From contig JAXHLW010000013.1 of the NCBI GenBank assembly GCA_034521815.1, forward strand, positions 992,001 to 1,056,000: a stretch of 64,000 bases of DNA, read 5' to 3'. The notes beneath the pieces are model-generated. The model had not been told where the DNA came from. It saw nothing but the letters and a program-made list of their open reading frames with translations, and made no database searches. The stretch's first letter is position 1. Each line of letters opens with the position of its first letter. Positions 18,848 to 28,686 of the stretch are shown here, piece by piece. The stretch is from Trueperaceae bacterium. GTDB lineage: Bacteria; Deinococcota; Deinococci; Deinococcales; Trueperaceae. The position numbers were made by a program, and so were the translations under genes.

Positions 18848-19984
18848 ATGCTGACGCCAATGATCTCCACGCTGGAACGAATCCGAGACGAGTTCGAGAC
18901 GCTCGAGCGCACGCTCGGCGATCCGGAGGTGCTGGCCGATGCGGCCCGCTACCGGAGCGTCACGCAGCGCTACGGCGATCTCAAACCGATCGTCGAGGCC
19001 TACCGGAGATACCGGGGGATCCTCTCGGCGATCGATCAGGCCAGGGAGCTGCAGCGCGACCCCGAGTTCAGCGAGATCGCGGGCGAGGAGCTCGACGACC
19101 TGGAGCCGCAGCGCGAGGCGCTCGAGGCGAGCTTGCAACGCCTGTTGATCCCCAAGGATCCGTTCGACCACAAGAACGTGATCCTCGAGATCCGCGCGGC
19201 CGCGGGCGGCGACGAGGCGTCGCTGTTCGCTCGCGAGATGCTCGAGATGTACAAGCGCTTCGCCGAGAAGCACGGCTTCGCCGTCGAGCTGCTCGACTCC
19301 GCCCCGACGGAGGTCGGCGGCCTGTCCAAGGTGTCGTCCGAAGTTCGCGGTCGCGGCGCGTATTCGCGCCTCAAGTACGAGTCGGGCGTCCACCGCGTCC
19401 AGCGCGTGCCCGAGACCGAGACCCAGGGGCGGATCCACACCAGCACCGTCACCGTGGCGGTGCTGCCCGAGGCCGAGGACGTCGACGTGGAGCTGTCGCC
19501 GACCGACTACCGGGTGGACGTGTACCGCTCGTCCGGACCGGGGGGCCAGTCGGTCAACACCACCGACAGCGCGGTCCGCCTCACCTATAGGGCCGGCACG
19601 GACGAAGAGATCGTCGTCACCTGCCAGGACGGCAAGAGCCAGCTCAAGAACAAGGACAAGGCGCTCGCCGTGCTCCGCGCCCGGCTGCTGGAGCGCGAGC
19701 GCTCCCGCGCCGAAGCCGAGGCGCGCCAGGCCCGGCTCGTCCAGATCGGCACCGGCGACCGCTCGGAGAAGGTCCGGACCTACAACGTGCCGCAGTCGCG
19801 GGTGACCGATCACCGCATCGGATTCACCACCCGGAACCTCGCCCAGGTGCTGGCCGGCGACCTGGACGAGATCGTAGACGCCCTGAGCGAGGCCGAGCAG
19901 GCGGAGCGGCTCACGCAGCTCGCCACCGCGGACCCGTCCACCACCGACCATCGCAGCAGCGAGCGGGCCGGTGGCTCGGCGTGA
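18848..19984 (+). CDS. prfA: Peptide chain release factor 1
   Basis: GGDEASLF, ESGVHRVQRVPETE (PxT), GPGGQSVN and RSEKVRTYN. Confidence 0.97.
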   Translation: MLTPMISTLERIRDEFETLERTLGDPEVLADAARYRSVTQRYGDLKPIVEAYRRYRGILSAIDQARELQRDPEFSEIAGEELDDLEPQREALEASLQRLLIPKDPFDHKNVILEIRAAAGGDEASLFAREMLEMYKRFAEKHGFAVELLDSAPTEVGGLSKVSSEVRGRGAYSRLKYESGVHRVQRVPETETQGRIHTSTVTVAVLPEAEDVDVELSPTDYRVDVYRSSGPGGQSVNTTDSAVRLTYRAGTDEEIVVTCQDGKSQLKNKDKALAVLRARLLERERSRAEAEARQARLVQIGTGDRSEKVRTYNVPQSRVTDHRIGFTTRNLAQVLAGDLDEIVDALSEAEQAERLTQLATADPSTTDHRSSERAGGSA

Positions 19985-20495
19985 GTTCGTCGTTGCCGCA
20001 GCGATCCTCCTCGACGCGCGAGGACGGGTACTGCTCGTCGGCAACGACTGGCAAGGACACGGGAACGTTCGATGGACGCTGCCGGGCGGCGTCGTCGAGC
20101 GCTACGAATCCACCCTGGACGCGCTGAGCCGAGAGGTGTACGAAGAGACCGGGCTCACCGTCACCCGGATCCAGCACCTGGCGTACGCGGTCCACGTCGA
20201 GGACCGGCGACGCAACGATCGCGCCATCAGCTTCGCGTTCGTCGCCGACTACGACGGACTCCTGAACCCCCGCGATCCGGACGGCTTCATCGTCGAGGCC
20301 CGCTTCGTTCCGGCCGACGAGATCCAGCGGACGATCCCGATCCCGCCGCTGCGCGAGCCGCTGCTGGCCTACCTGAGCGACCGGCGGCCCGGACGGTTCT
20401 TCTCCTACGCCGGCTGGGACGGCCGCGGCATGCGCGTCATCGACGGCCTGCCCCCGGGCGTCACGGCGGGGCCGATGGACCCGGACGACGACTGA
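19971..20495 (+). CDS. NUDIX hydrolase
   Basis: Nudix box PGGVVERYESTLDALSREVYEETGL. Confidence 0.9.
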   Translation: MARREFVVAAAILLDARGRVLLVGNDWQGHGNVRWTLPGGVVERYESTLDALSREVYEETGLTVTRIQHLAYAVHVEDRRRNDRAISFAFVADYDGLLNPRDPDGFIVEARFVPADEIQRTIPIPPLREPLLAYLSDRRPGRFFSYAGWDGRGMRVIDGLPPGVTAGPMDPDDD

Positions 20496-21739
20496 CCAGA
20501 AGGTCCGCCCAGCGATGCCGCGGCGCGCGCTCCAAGGCGGCCAGCAGCCAGGCGCGCGCCTCGGGCGCCAGCGTCGCCGCGACCCGGCGCAGATCGTCGT
20601 CGTCCTCGGCCCGCGGGCGGCGGTCCGCGAGGCGTGCTTTCGTGAGCAGGACGATCTCGGGCGCCAAGGTGGGAACGTCCGTGACGGGGCCTCCGTCGGC
20701 CCCGGTCGGCAGGACCTGCGCACGGTGCCCCGACCCGGCTGGAACGCGAACGTGCCCGAACGCGCGGGCCAGCGGCCGCCGAACGCCGGCATCGCCACGC
20801 AGGCTCCACTGGCCGGGCGCTCTCGCCTCGAGCACCACGTCCCAGAACACGGGATCGTCCTGCACGCCGCGAGCCGACGCCAACGGCGACGAAGCCAGCG
20901 CCCGGCCGTCGCGTCCCTCCAGGCGGCGCGACGCACGGAACGGCGTCCACGGGCCACCCGGAGGTGCGAAGTGCGACCCTGGACGCGACGCAGGCGGCCA
21001 GGACCGTCTGGGCGTGATCACGATCGACGACGACGTCGACATCGTCGTGAACGCGCGTGGGACGGCCAAGGTGGAGATCGAGCGCCCAGCCGCCTCCGAT
21101 CGCCCAGCCGGCCGGCGGAACGTCCCGCACGCTGGCGAGCACACGGGCCGCCCGTGCGACGGGACCGAACCCGTTGCGAGCGATCGCCTCCTGACCGGCG
21201 CGCGCCTCGAAGGCTCGGATCCAGTCGTGCTTCCCTTGGACGTAGGCGGATCGGTCGCCTCGGTGATCGACCACCAGGCGCGCCTTGAGCTGGGCGTACG
21301 CCTGCCGGGAGGCAGGCTCGCTGCACAGCAGATCCCGAAACGCCAGGTGCCTCCGCAGCATCGAGACCGCGTGAGGCGCCACGACGTGAAGATGGACGGC
21401 GTGGCCGCCGCGGGTGAAGAAGCGGCGGTCTGGCAGGCCGTGCTCGCCGTGATCCACGAAGCCGATCGCGGCCAGGTCGGTGAGGGCGGCCCGGTCCAGC
21501 GGCCAGTCGACCGCGCGGGCCATCACGTCCAGGGTCGGCTTGGCGTCCAGGCCGCGCACCGCGGTGCTGCCGACGTGATGGATCTCCAGCAGGCGGCCGG
21601 CCGGGCTCTCGAACGCGTCGCCCCATGCTGCGAGCAGCTCGCGACCGACACCTCGGTAGCGCTCGCCCCACGCGTCATCGACCGGTACCAGCCGGACGGG
21701 CTGGTCCTCGTCGGGCGGGCGCGGTACCGGTCCACTCAC
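20461..21739 (-). CDS. GrpB/UPF0157 domain fused to an ANT(2'')-like nucleotidyltransferase domain; frameshift near 20950-21000
   Basis: IHHVGSTAV...AKPTLD, HLHV and RHLAFRD (GrpB), in frame with WAIGGGWALDL...HDDVDV; C-terminal LAPEIVLLTKA...DDDDL in adjacent frame. Confidence 0.7.
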
Positions 21740-21839
21740 GAGGCACCTCGCAGAGACGCCGAACGCGCCTCTGCGCTGTCGTGAGGTTGAACTCGATCGG
21801 AATCGACTGGCGCCATGATCACTCCACCTCGCTGATACC

Positions 21840-23120
21840 ATGCGCGCGATGGCGGACGCTGCGGACCACGGGACCTGGAACGATCCTCCCGTCCAGCTCG
21901 AGAGGGCGATCACGCTGCTCGAGGAGGACGGCCGTCGAGCGTTCGCGGCGCGTGACGCCGAGCTGGAGACGGTGCCGCTGGGTCGTGCGACGGGCCGCAT
22001 CCTGGCTCGCGACCTGGCGGCGACCTGCGATCACCCCAACGTGGACGACGCCTCGCTCGACGGGATCGCCTGCCGTGCCGACGACGCGTCGGGAGCGAGC
22101 GACACCGCACCCGTCGCGCTGCGTATCGTCGGCGAGTCGGCGGCCGGACGACCGTTTTCGGGTCGGGTCGGCCCTGGCGAGGCGATCCGGATCCAGACCG
22201 GGGCCGCCGTGCCGGACGGCGCCAACGCCATCGTGCCCGTGGAGCGGCTGCGTGACGACGGCGAGCAGGTCGTGGTCTTCGCGCCGGCGTCCGAAGGCGC
22301 GGTCCGTCCCCGCGGCCAGGACGTTCGAGCCGGCCAGATCGGCCTGCGCGCCGGTCGCCGCATGGACGCCGCCACGATCGCCCTGGCGGCAGCGATGGGC
22401 CACGCCGAGCTGCCGGTCCGTGCCCCGCTGCGGGTGGCGCTCTTGACGGGCGGCGACGAAGTCGTTCCGCCGGGAAGCCCGCTGGGCCCGGGCGACGTGT
22501 TCGATGCGAACGGTCCGGCCCTGACCGCGCTGATCCTGGCCGCCGGAGCGGAGCCGCTGCCGCTTCCGCCGGTCCGCGACGATCTCGGCGCCCTCGAGGC
22601 CGCCCTCGACACCGCTCCGCATGTCGACCTGCTGTTGACCTGCGGCGGGATCTCGATGGGGCGTTACGACCGCGCGCGCGACCTGCTGCGTGCGCACGGG
22701 CGGCTGTCGTTCCGCAAGGTGCTGCTCAAGCCGGGCGGGCCCGCGACGTTCGCGCACCTGCGCGACCGGCCGTGGCTGGCGCTCCCTGGAAACCCGGTCT
22801 CGGCGTCGGTGACGTTCCTCGTCCTGGCGCGCGCGTGGCTGGACCGCGCTGCCGGCCGAGACGGGCCGCTCCCCTACGAGCGCAGGGTGCCAGCGTTCGC
22901 CGGAGCTCCGCTCAGGTCGGCGGGCGACAAGACGACGCTGCTTCGCGTCGTGCTGGAGCGCGAGGACCATCGTCTGGTCGCCCGTCCGGCGGGCGACCAG
23001 AACTCGGGCGTGGTCCGTACCCTGGCCGCAGCGGACGCGTTGGCGATCGTCCCCCCCTCGACCGAGCTCTCCGTCGGCGACGCCGTCGACGTCGTCCCGC
23101 TGGCCCCGCACCTCGGCTGA
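21840..23120 (+). CDS. moeA: Molybdopterin molybdotransferase
   Basis: SLDG, RIQTGA, TGGDEV, GGISMGRYD, KPG and LPGNPVS. Confidence 0.92.
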   Translation: MRAMADAADHGTWNDPPVQLERAITLLEEDGRRAFAARDAELETVPLGRATGRILARDLAATCDHPNVDDASLDGIACRADDASGASDTAPVALRIVGESAAGRPFSGRVGPGEAIRIQTGAAVPDGANAIVPVERLRDDGEQVVVFAPASEGAVRPRGQDVRAGQIGLRAGRRMDAATIALAAAMGHAELPVRAPLRVALLTGGDEVVPPGSPLGPGDVFDANGPALTALILAAGAEPLPLPPVRDDLGALEAALDTAPHVDLLLTCGGISMGRYDRARDLLRAHGRLSFRKVLLKPGGPATFAHLRDRPWLALPGNPVSASVTFLVLARAWLDRAAGRDGPLPYERRVPAFAGAPLRSAGDKTTLLRVVLEREDHRLVARPAGDQNSGVVRTLAAADALAIVPPSTELSVGDAVDVVPLAPHLG

Positions 23121-23121
23121 C

Positions 23122-23757
23122 GTGGCGTCTCCTCGGACCGCGACCGATCGAACCGCGACCGATCGAACCGCGACGAACGTGCTGTCACGCGAGACGTACG
23201 CGCACGACGCGGACGTCGTCGCGAAGCGGCTGCTGGGCTGCCTGCTCGAGGTGCACGGCGCCGACGACTCGGGAACGGACCGAGCGCCGCTCCGCGCTCG
23301 CATCGTCGAGACCGAGGCGTACCTCGGCGAGGCCGACCTCGCCTGCCACGCCTCGCGCGGACGCACCCGGCGGACCGAGAGCCTGTACGGCCCTCCCGGA
23401 ACCGCGTACGTCTACCTGATCTACGGCGTCCATCGCCTGTTCAACGTCGTCGCGTCCAGCGAAGGCGATCCGCACGCGGTCCTGGTCCGTGCGGTGGAGC
23501 CGCTGAACTTCGAGGCGCGCACGCACGGGCCGGGCCTGCTGAGCAAGGCGCTTGGGATCGACCTGGACGACGATCGCTCCGATCTGACGACCGGCCGGAT
23601 CCGCATCGCCTGGGGCGCCGCCCCGGCCCGTGTCGCGGTCGGACCCCGGATCGGCGTCGACTATGCGGGCGCCTGGGCCGGCGCGCCGCTCCGTTTCGGC
23701 GACGCGGACAGCGACCGGCTGTCGCGTCCGTTTCCGGGTCGGGACCCGACTCGGTAA
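23122..23757 (+). CDS. mpg: 3-methyladenine DNA glycosylase (Mpg/AAG)
   Basis: RIVETEAYLG, YVYLIYG, AVLVRAVEP, GPG and PRIGV. Confidence 0.92.
   Translation: MASPRTATDRTATDRTATNVLSRETYAHDADVVAKRLLGCLLEVHGADDSGTDRAPLRARIVETEAYLGEADLACHASRGRTRRTESLYGPPGTAYVYLIYGVHRLFNVVASSEGDPHAVLVRAVEPLNFEARTHGPGLLSKALGIDLDDDRSDLTTGRIRIAWGAAPARVAVGPRIGVDYAGAWAGAPLRFGDADSDRLSRPFPGRDPTR
23137..23174 (+). repeat. 15-bp tandem repeat x2.5 (ACCGCGACCGATCGA) in mpg 5' end
   Basis: Encodes TATDR-TATDR-TAT. Confidence 0.85.
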
Positions 23758-23816
23758 GCCCGCTGTCGGTGCGAGCGCCCCCTCCGGGCGATCGTGGGGC
23801 CGAGAGAGAGGCATGC

Positions 23817-24759
23817 ATGGAACCTCACGGCATCCACCACCTGACGGCCGTTTCGGCCGACATCCGCGGAAACCTGCGCTTCTACACCGAGGTCATGGGC
23901 ATGCGCCTCGTCAAGCGCAGCGTGAACCAGGACGACGTCTCGGCGTACCACCTGTTCTACGCCGACGGGGCCGGCTCGCCCGGGACCGACCTGACGTTCT
24001 TCGACTGGGACGTCCCGCGCGAGCGTCGCGGCGGTCAGGCGTTCACGCGGACGCACCTCCGCGTCGCGGGAAGCGAGACGCTCGCGTGGTGGGAGACGCG
24101 CCTACGGGAGCACGGCGTGACGGCCCAGCCGCCCACCGAGCGCGACGGACGCTGGACGTTGCCGTTCGAGGACCCCGAGGGACAGCGACTGGCCCTCGTC
24201 GACGACGGCGGGGCCGGCGATGCTCCGGTGCCGTGGCACGGCTCCGACGTTCCGGTCGCCCACCAGATCCGGGGATTGGGACCGGTCCGCGCCACCGTCC
24301 GGGATTCGGCCGCGACCGAGGCGCTGCTGCAGCGCGTGCTGGGCATGCGCCACGACCGCAGCTTCGACGACGACGGACGCGAGGTGCGTGTGCTCGCCAT
24401 GGGCGACGGCGGCGCGCATGCGGAGCTGCAGCTCGAGATCGCCCCGGAGGTCGGTCCCGCCCGACCGGGAGCCGGCGGCGTGCACCACGTCGCGTTCCGC
24501 ATCGCGGACGGGGACTACGACGCGTGGGCGGACCGGCTGAGCCAGGCGGGCGTCCCGAACAGCGGTCCGGTCGACCGCTTCTGGTTCAGGAGCCTGTACG
24601 TGCGCGACCCCAACGGGCTGCTGTTCGAGCTGGCCACCGACGGTCCCGGCTTCGCGGTGGACGAGGACCCGGACCACCTCGGCGAGAAGGTCGTCCTGCC
24701 ACCGTTCCTGGAGTCGCGTCGTCGCCCGGATCGAAGCGAACCTGAAACCGCTGGAGTGA
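23817..24759 (+). CDS. Ring-cleaving dioxygenase / glyoxalase (MhqO-like); indel near 24725 displaces the stop
   Basis: GIHHLTA, VKRSVNQDD, YHLFY, VHHVAFR and FELATDGPGF; C-terminus RIEANLKPLE* in shifted frame. Confidence 0.88.
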
Positions 24760-24807
24760 CGCGGACCCCGACGAGGCGCCAGCCGACGCAGCCGACCGAA
24801 CGAACCG

Positions 24808-25725
24808 TCAGGGGAACTCTTCGCGCGGCTCGGTCGGCCCTTCGCGACGACCCGGCTCGTACGGCTCGACGTGCACCGTCGTCACCAGGTTCGGCAGCGT
24901 GCGGTGGATCTCGTCCTCGAGGTCCACGATCACGTCGTGCGCCGCGCGCACCGTCGAGCGGGGGTCGACGAACACGTCGACCTCGACGAAGCGGGCCCGA
25001 CCCGAGCGGCGGCTGCGGAGTCGGTGGAACCCGAGGATGCGTGGATCGGCGTCCAACGCCGCCAGAATGCGCCGCTCCTCGTCCTGAGGCAGCCGCTCGT
25101 CCATCAGGCGGCTGATCGCGCCGCCCAGCACGCGGACCCCCTCCCGTCCGATGTGCGCCGCGACGAGCAGCGCGAGGATCGGATCGAGACGCGCGACGCC
25201 GGTCGCGGCGACCGACGCCACCCCGGCCAGCACCCCCGCCGACGTCCATACGTCGGTCCGCAAGTGCCGTGCGTTCGCCCTCAGGGCCGCCGAGTCGAGC
25301 CTCTCGGCCTGACGCCATAGCCAGACCGCCAGAAGACCGTTCAGGGCGGCCGATGCGCCGGACACGATCAAGCCCACGCCCAGGCGGTCCAGCGCCACCG
25401 GTTCGATCAGCCGACCGAACGCCGAGACGGCGATCAGCGTCGCCGCGAGCAGGATCAGGCCGGCTTCGAACGCGCTCGAGAGATCCTCGATCTTTTCGTG
25501 CCCGTACGGGTGCTGGAAGTCGGGCGGCGTCCGCGCCAGGCGGATCGCGACGACCAGCGTGGTCGCCGCGATCAGGTTGACGATCGACTCCGCGGCGTCG
25601 GACGCCAGGCCCACCGACCCGGTCAGTCCCCAGGCGGCCGTCTTGAGGCCGAGCACCACGATCGCCCCGACCAGACTGACCATGGCCGCCCGCCGATGGA
25701 GCCTGGCGGCGGCGCCGCCCGTCAC
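24808..25725 (-). CDS. Cation diffusion facilitator (FieF-like)
   Basis: SDAAES, HPYGHEKIE, HLRTDVWTS and TVHVEP. Confidence 0.92.
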   Translation of the reverse strand: MTGGAAARLHRRAAMVSLVGAIVVLGLKTAAWGLTGSVGLASDAAESIVNLIAATTLVVAIRLARTPPDFQHPYGHEKIEDLSSAFEAGLILLAATLIAVSAFGRLIEPVALDRLGVGLIVSGASAALNGLLAVWLWRQAERLDSAALRANARHLRTDVWTSAGVLAGVASVAATGVARLDPILALLVAAHIGREGVRVLGGAISRLMDERLPQDEERRILAALDADPRILGFHRLRSRRSGRARFVEVDVFVDPRSTVRAAHDVIVDLEDEIHRTLPNLVTTVHVEPYEPGRREGPTEPREEFP

Positions 25726-26162
25726 GTTCGGGGTCCGTCCTCCTCGGCACCGCTACGGGGCTCGTCGTCGTCCTGATCGCCGTCTTCGTCGTCCTCGTCC
25801 TCGTCCGCGATGGCGCCGGCGCCGCCGTGCTCCGATAGCTCGCCCGTGGCGAGGAGCTCGTCGAGCTCCGCGCCCTGGTAGTCGGTCACCGTCTCGGCGA
25901 TGATCTCGAACGCCCGCGCAGCGTCCGGCTCGGGCACCAGCACCACGGTGGTACCGACCCGCGATCCGCCCAGGTGGCTGTAGACGTCGTCCAACGGATC
26001 GGCGCCGCGCACGACGGACAGGATCCCCTCGTCCTCCAGGATGGCGGCCACCATCTCGGCCAACGGCTCGGCCGGAGCGACGTCGACGACCGTCCAGCGA
26101 TCGCCGTTCAGCGTCACGACCGCCCCTTTCAGGCCGTCGGGCTTCAGGCCGTCGGGCGTCAC
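25722..26162 (-). CDS. Hypothetical protein (DUF2007-like) with acidic tail
   Basis: AEMVAAILEDEGI...VLVPEPDAARA; 4-bp overlaps with both neighbours. Confidence 0.6.
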   Translation of the reverse strand: MTPDGLKPDGLKGAVVTLNGDRWTVVDVAPAEPLAEMVAAILEDEGILSVVRGADPLDDVYSHLGGSRVGTTVVLVPEPDAARAFEIIAETVTDYQGAELDELLATGELSEHGGAGAIADEDEDDEDGDQDDDEPRSGAEEDGPRT

Positions 26163-27313
26163 GACGCCACCCCCAGCAGGGCCAGCGACAGATCCCGGTA
26201 CACCTCGGTCGCGACGTCGAGCGCGTCCAGGCGAACGCTTTCGCGGGTCGTGTGCGCCAGCTCCTCCTCGCCCGGCCCGAAGCCCACCACGACCGCGCCG
26301 CTCGCGGCCAGGAACGGCGCGTCGGTCGCGAACCACCAGGTCCCCTCGTCGAACGGGAGCCCGTGTCGCGGCAGGATCTCGCGCAGGCTCTCGCGCGTCG
26401 CGTTGGTCCAGCGATTCTCGCCGGGCGCGAGGTAGGCGGGGTTCACGCGGGGAAAGGTCCGCTGGACCGTTCCTGACTCGCTGACCGCGTTCTCCTCGGA
26501 GAGCACCAGCGTGGCGTCCGGGTCCAACGCCTGCAAGCGCGCCAGCACGTCGTCGGGCGGGTCGCTGGGCAGGTTGCGGTAGTCGACCGTGATCACGGCC
26601 TCGCCCGGGACGACGTTGGCGCCGTCCGTGGGGTGGCTGATCAGTCGGGTCGGCGTGGCGGTCGAGCCGGTCAGCGGCCCGCCCGAGGGCAGCTCGAGCT
26701 CCTCGAGCCGAGCCAGCCAGCGGGCCGCACGGTAGAGGGCGTTCTCGCCCAGCTCGGGCTTCGCGGCGTGCGCGATCTTGCCGGGAAGGTGCACGTCGAC
26801 CTCGACGCGACCGCGATGCCCCAGCTTGAGCCGCAGCTTGCTCGGTTCTCCCAGCACGATCACGTCCGGGCTCGACGTCTCCCCCAGCCAGCGCGCGCCC
26901 AGGCCCCCGACCTCCTCCTGCACGACGCCCGTCACCGACAGGGTTCCTTGGAAGCCGTGCTCGGCGGCCGCGGCCGCCGCCACCGCCATGCAGGCGAGGC
27001 TGCCCTTCATGTCCGACGCGCCCCGCCCCCACAGGCGACCGTCGGCGATCTCGGCGTCCAGCGGAGGGTGCGGCCAGAGCGAAGGGTCGCCGGTGGGCAC
27101 CGTGTCCAAGTGGCCGTTCAGCATGACCGTAGGACCCTCGCCCCGCTCGAACATGCCGATGACGTTGCCGGCCTCGTCGATCCAGGCGCGGTCGAAGCCC
27201 AGTCGGTGGAAGGCGCCCAGCAGGACCTGGGCGGCCGGCCCTTCGGCGCCCGACGGGCTGGGAGCCCGGATCAGGGCGCGGGCCAAATCGATCGTGGGGG
27301 TGTCGGCGTTCAT
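26159..27313 (-). CDS. M20/M25/M40 metallohydrolase (ArgE/DapE family)
   Basis: NGHLDTVP, GRGASDMKG, VQEE, GEP, TDA and AHT. Confidence 0.9.
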   Translation of the reverse strand: MNADTPTIDLARALIRAPSPSGAEGPAAQVLLGAFHRLGFDRAWIDEAGNVIGMFERGEGPTVMLNGHLDTVPTGDPSLWPHPPLDAEIADGRLWGRGASDMKGSLACMAVAAAAAAEHGFQGTLSVTGVVQEEVGGLGARWLGETSSPDVIVLGEPSKLRLKLGHRGRVEVDVHLPGKIAHAAKPELGENALYRAARWLARLEELELPSGGPLTGSTATPTRLISHPTDGANVVPGEAVITVDYRNLPSDPPDDVLARLQALDPDATLVLSEENAVSESGTVQRTFPRVNPAYLAPGENRWTNATRESLREILPRHGLPFDEGTWWFATDAPFLAASGAVVVGFGPGEEELAHTTRESVRLDALDVATEVYRDLSLALLGVAS

Positions 27314-27381
27314 GCCGGCATGGTACCCGCTCGCGCACGGCGGTCCGAAACAGGTGAACGGTCGGAGGCTATGCTTCGTGC

Positions 27382-28215
27382 ATGGGACTCGACGCCGTCG
27401 CACCCGCGCAGCGATCGTCCGGCTGGACCTGTTCGGCGTGCGACTACGTGAACGAAGACGGGCTCACCTGCGACCGCTGCGGCGTCGCGCGACGCTGGCT
27501 CGAGAACCCGCCGTTGGACCTGCCACCGCAGCCGGGATGGTTCGAGCGTCCCGCCGCCTGGCTGTCGCTGCTGCACGGGGCGGGCCTGGCGCTGGGCGCC
27601 GTCCTGCTGATCCGGCCCGAGACCGCGCCGTGGCTGGCGCTGGCGACGCCGGCCCAGGGGTTCCAGGTGGCCCTGTCCGCGGCGGCCACGTTGGCGGCCG
27701 TGAATCGCGCCGCCACGGAGCGGATCTTGCACGAGGTCTCGTTGGACGTTCCGGACCGCGCCGCGGCCGGGCAGACCATCGTCGCCGACGCTCGCCTCGT
27801 GCCGTACGCCCGGATCGAGCGTGCCTCCGTCACGCTGGAGCTCATCGAGAACACCTACGAGAGAAGGCGCGGCCGCAACGGCAGGACCAACATCCGCACG
27901 CGCACGCGCCGCCTGGAGCGCTACCGGCTGCTCGACGGCGCGTCCCTTCCAGGGCGCAGGCCGTCGCTGTTCGAGGCGAGCTTCGTCGCGCCGTACCCCG
28001 CAGCCGGGCTGCGGGACGTCGGGGCCGAGCTTCAGGCGTCGGTGTTGGGCGCCCTCGCCTGGCTGGTCCCCGGCCTGGGCGAGGCCGCCCGGAACCTGCG
28101 GGAGCACGGCGGGGTCTGGGCCCGTCTCACGGTGCGGGTCGGGCCGTTCTGGCGCCGGGTCGACCGACGCGTCACCGTGTTCCAGCTGGTCGGGGACGAG
28201 CTCCGAGCCGGCTGA
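27382..28215 (+). CDS. Hypothetical membrane protein with N-terminal RanBP2-like C4 zinc finger
   Basis: WTCSACDYVNEDGLTCDRCG, then two hydrophobic helices. Confidence 0.65.
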   Translation: MGLDAVAPAQRSSGWTCSACDYVNEDGLTCDRCGVARRWLENPPLDLPPQPGWFERPAAWLSLLHGAGLALGAVLLIRPETAPWLALATPAQGFQVALSAAATLAAVNRAATERILHEVSLDVPDRAAAGQTIVADARLVPYARIERASVTLELIENTYERRRGRNGRTNIRTRTRRLERYRLLDGASLPGRRPSLFEASFVAPYPAAGLRDVGAELQASVLGALAWLVPGLGEAARNLREHGGVWARLTVRVGPFWRRVDRRVTVFQLVGDELRAG

Positions 28216-28250
28216 CGCGCCGACGCCGTGCTGACGCGCCGACGCCGTGC
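28211..28250 (+). repeat. 19-bp tandem duplication (GCTGACGCGCCGACGCCGT)
   Basis: Exact copies at 28211 and 28230. Confidence 0.9.
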
Positions 28251-28264
28251 GGCCGCGTCGAGGC

Positions 28265-28612
28265 TCAGCTAGGCCCTTCGGGACGGAACGCGTACGTCGC
28301 CAGATCGACCGTTCCGTTCACGACGGCGACACCTTCGCGCTTCAAAAGCGCTTCCTGCAGCTCGCCCGCGCCGACCTTGTAGGTGCTGATGCCGCCCTGG
28401 GCGTTGATGATCCGGTGCCACGGAAACGTCGGATCCTCGGCGGCCAGCGAGCGGAGCGCGCCACCGACCTGGCGGGCTGCGCCGGGACGTCCGGCCCACG
28501 CTGCGACCGCTCCGTACGTCGCGACGCGACCGGGCGGGACGGAGCGAACGACGCGCCCCACCATGTCGCGGAACGGTCGCAACGTCGCGGCTTCGAGGTC
28601 GTCGGCGCCCAT
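28265..28612 (-). CDS. Alkyltransferase-like (ATL/YbaZ) protein
   Basis: VPPGRVATYG, ARQVG and PWHRII (Trp at the catalytic Cys position). Confidence 0.9.
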   Translation of the reverse strand: MGADDLEAATLRPFRDMVGRVVRSVPPGRVATYGAVAAWAGRPGAARQVGGALRSLAAEDPTFPWHRIINAQGGISTYKVGAGELQEALLKREGVAVVNGTVDLATYAFRPEGPS

Positions 28613-28686
28613 GCCGAAGCGTACCCCGCTGCAGGACGGCCTGCGCGCCCACCGTCGGCGCGCCGCCGTGGCGGTATCGTCCGGCG

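Noticed and set aside
28265-28612. MGMT lacking the catalytic Cys
   Set aside because: PWHR is the normal signature of known ATL proteins.
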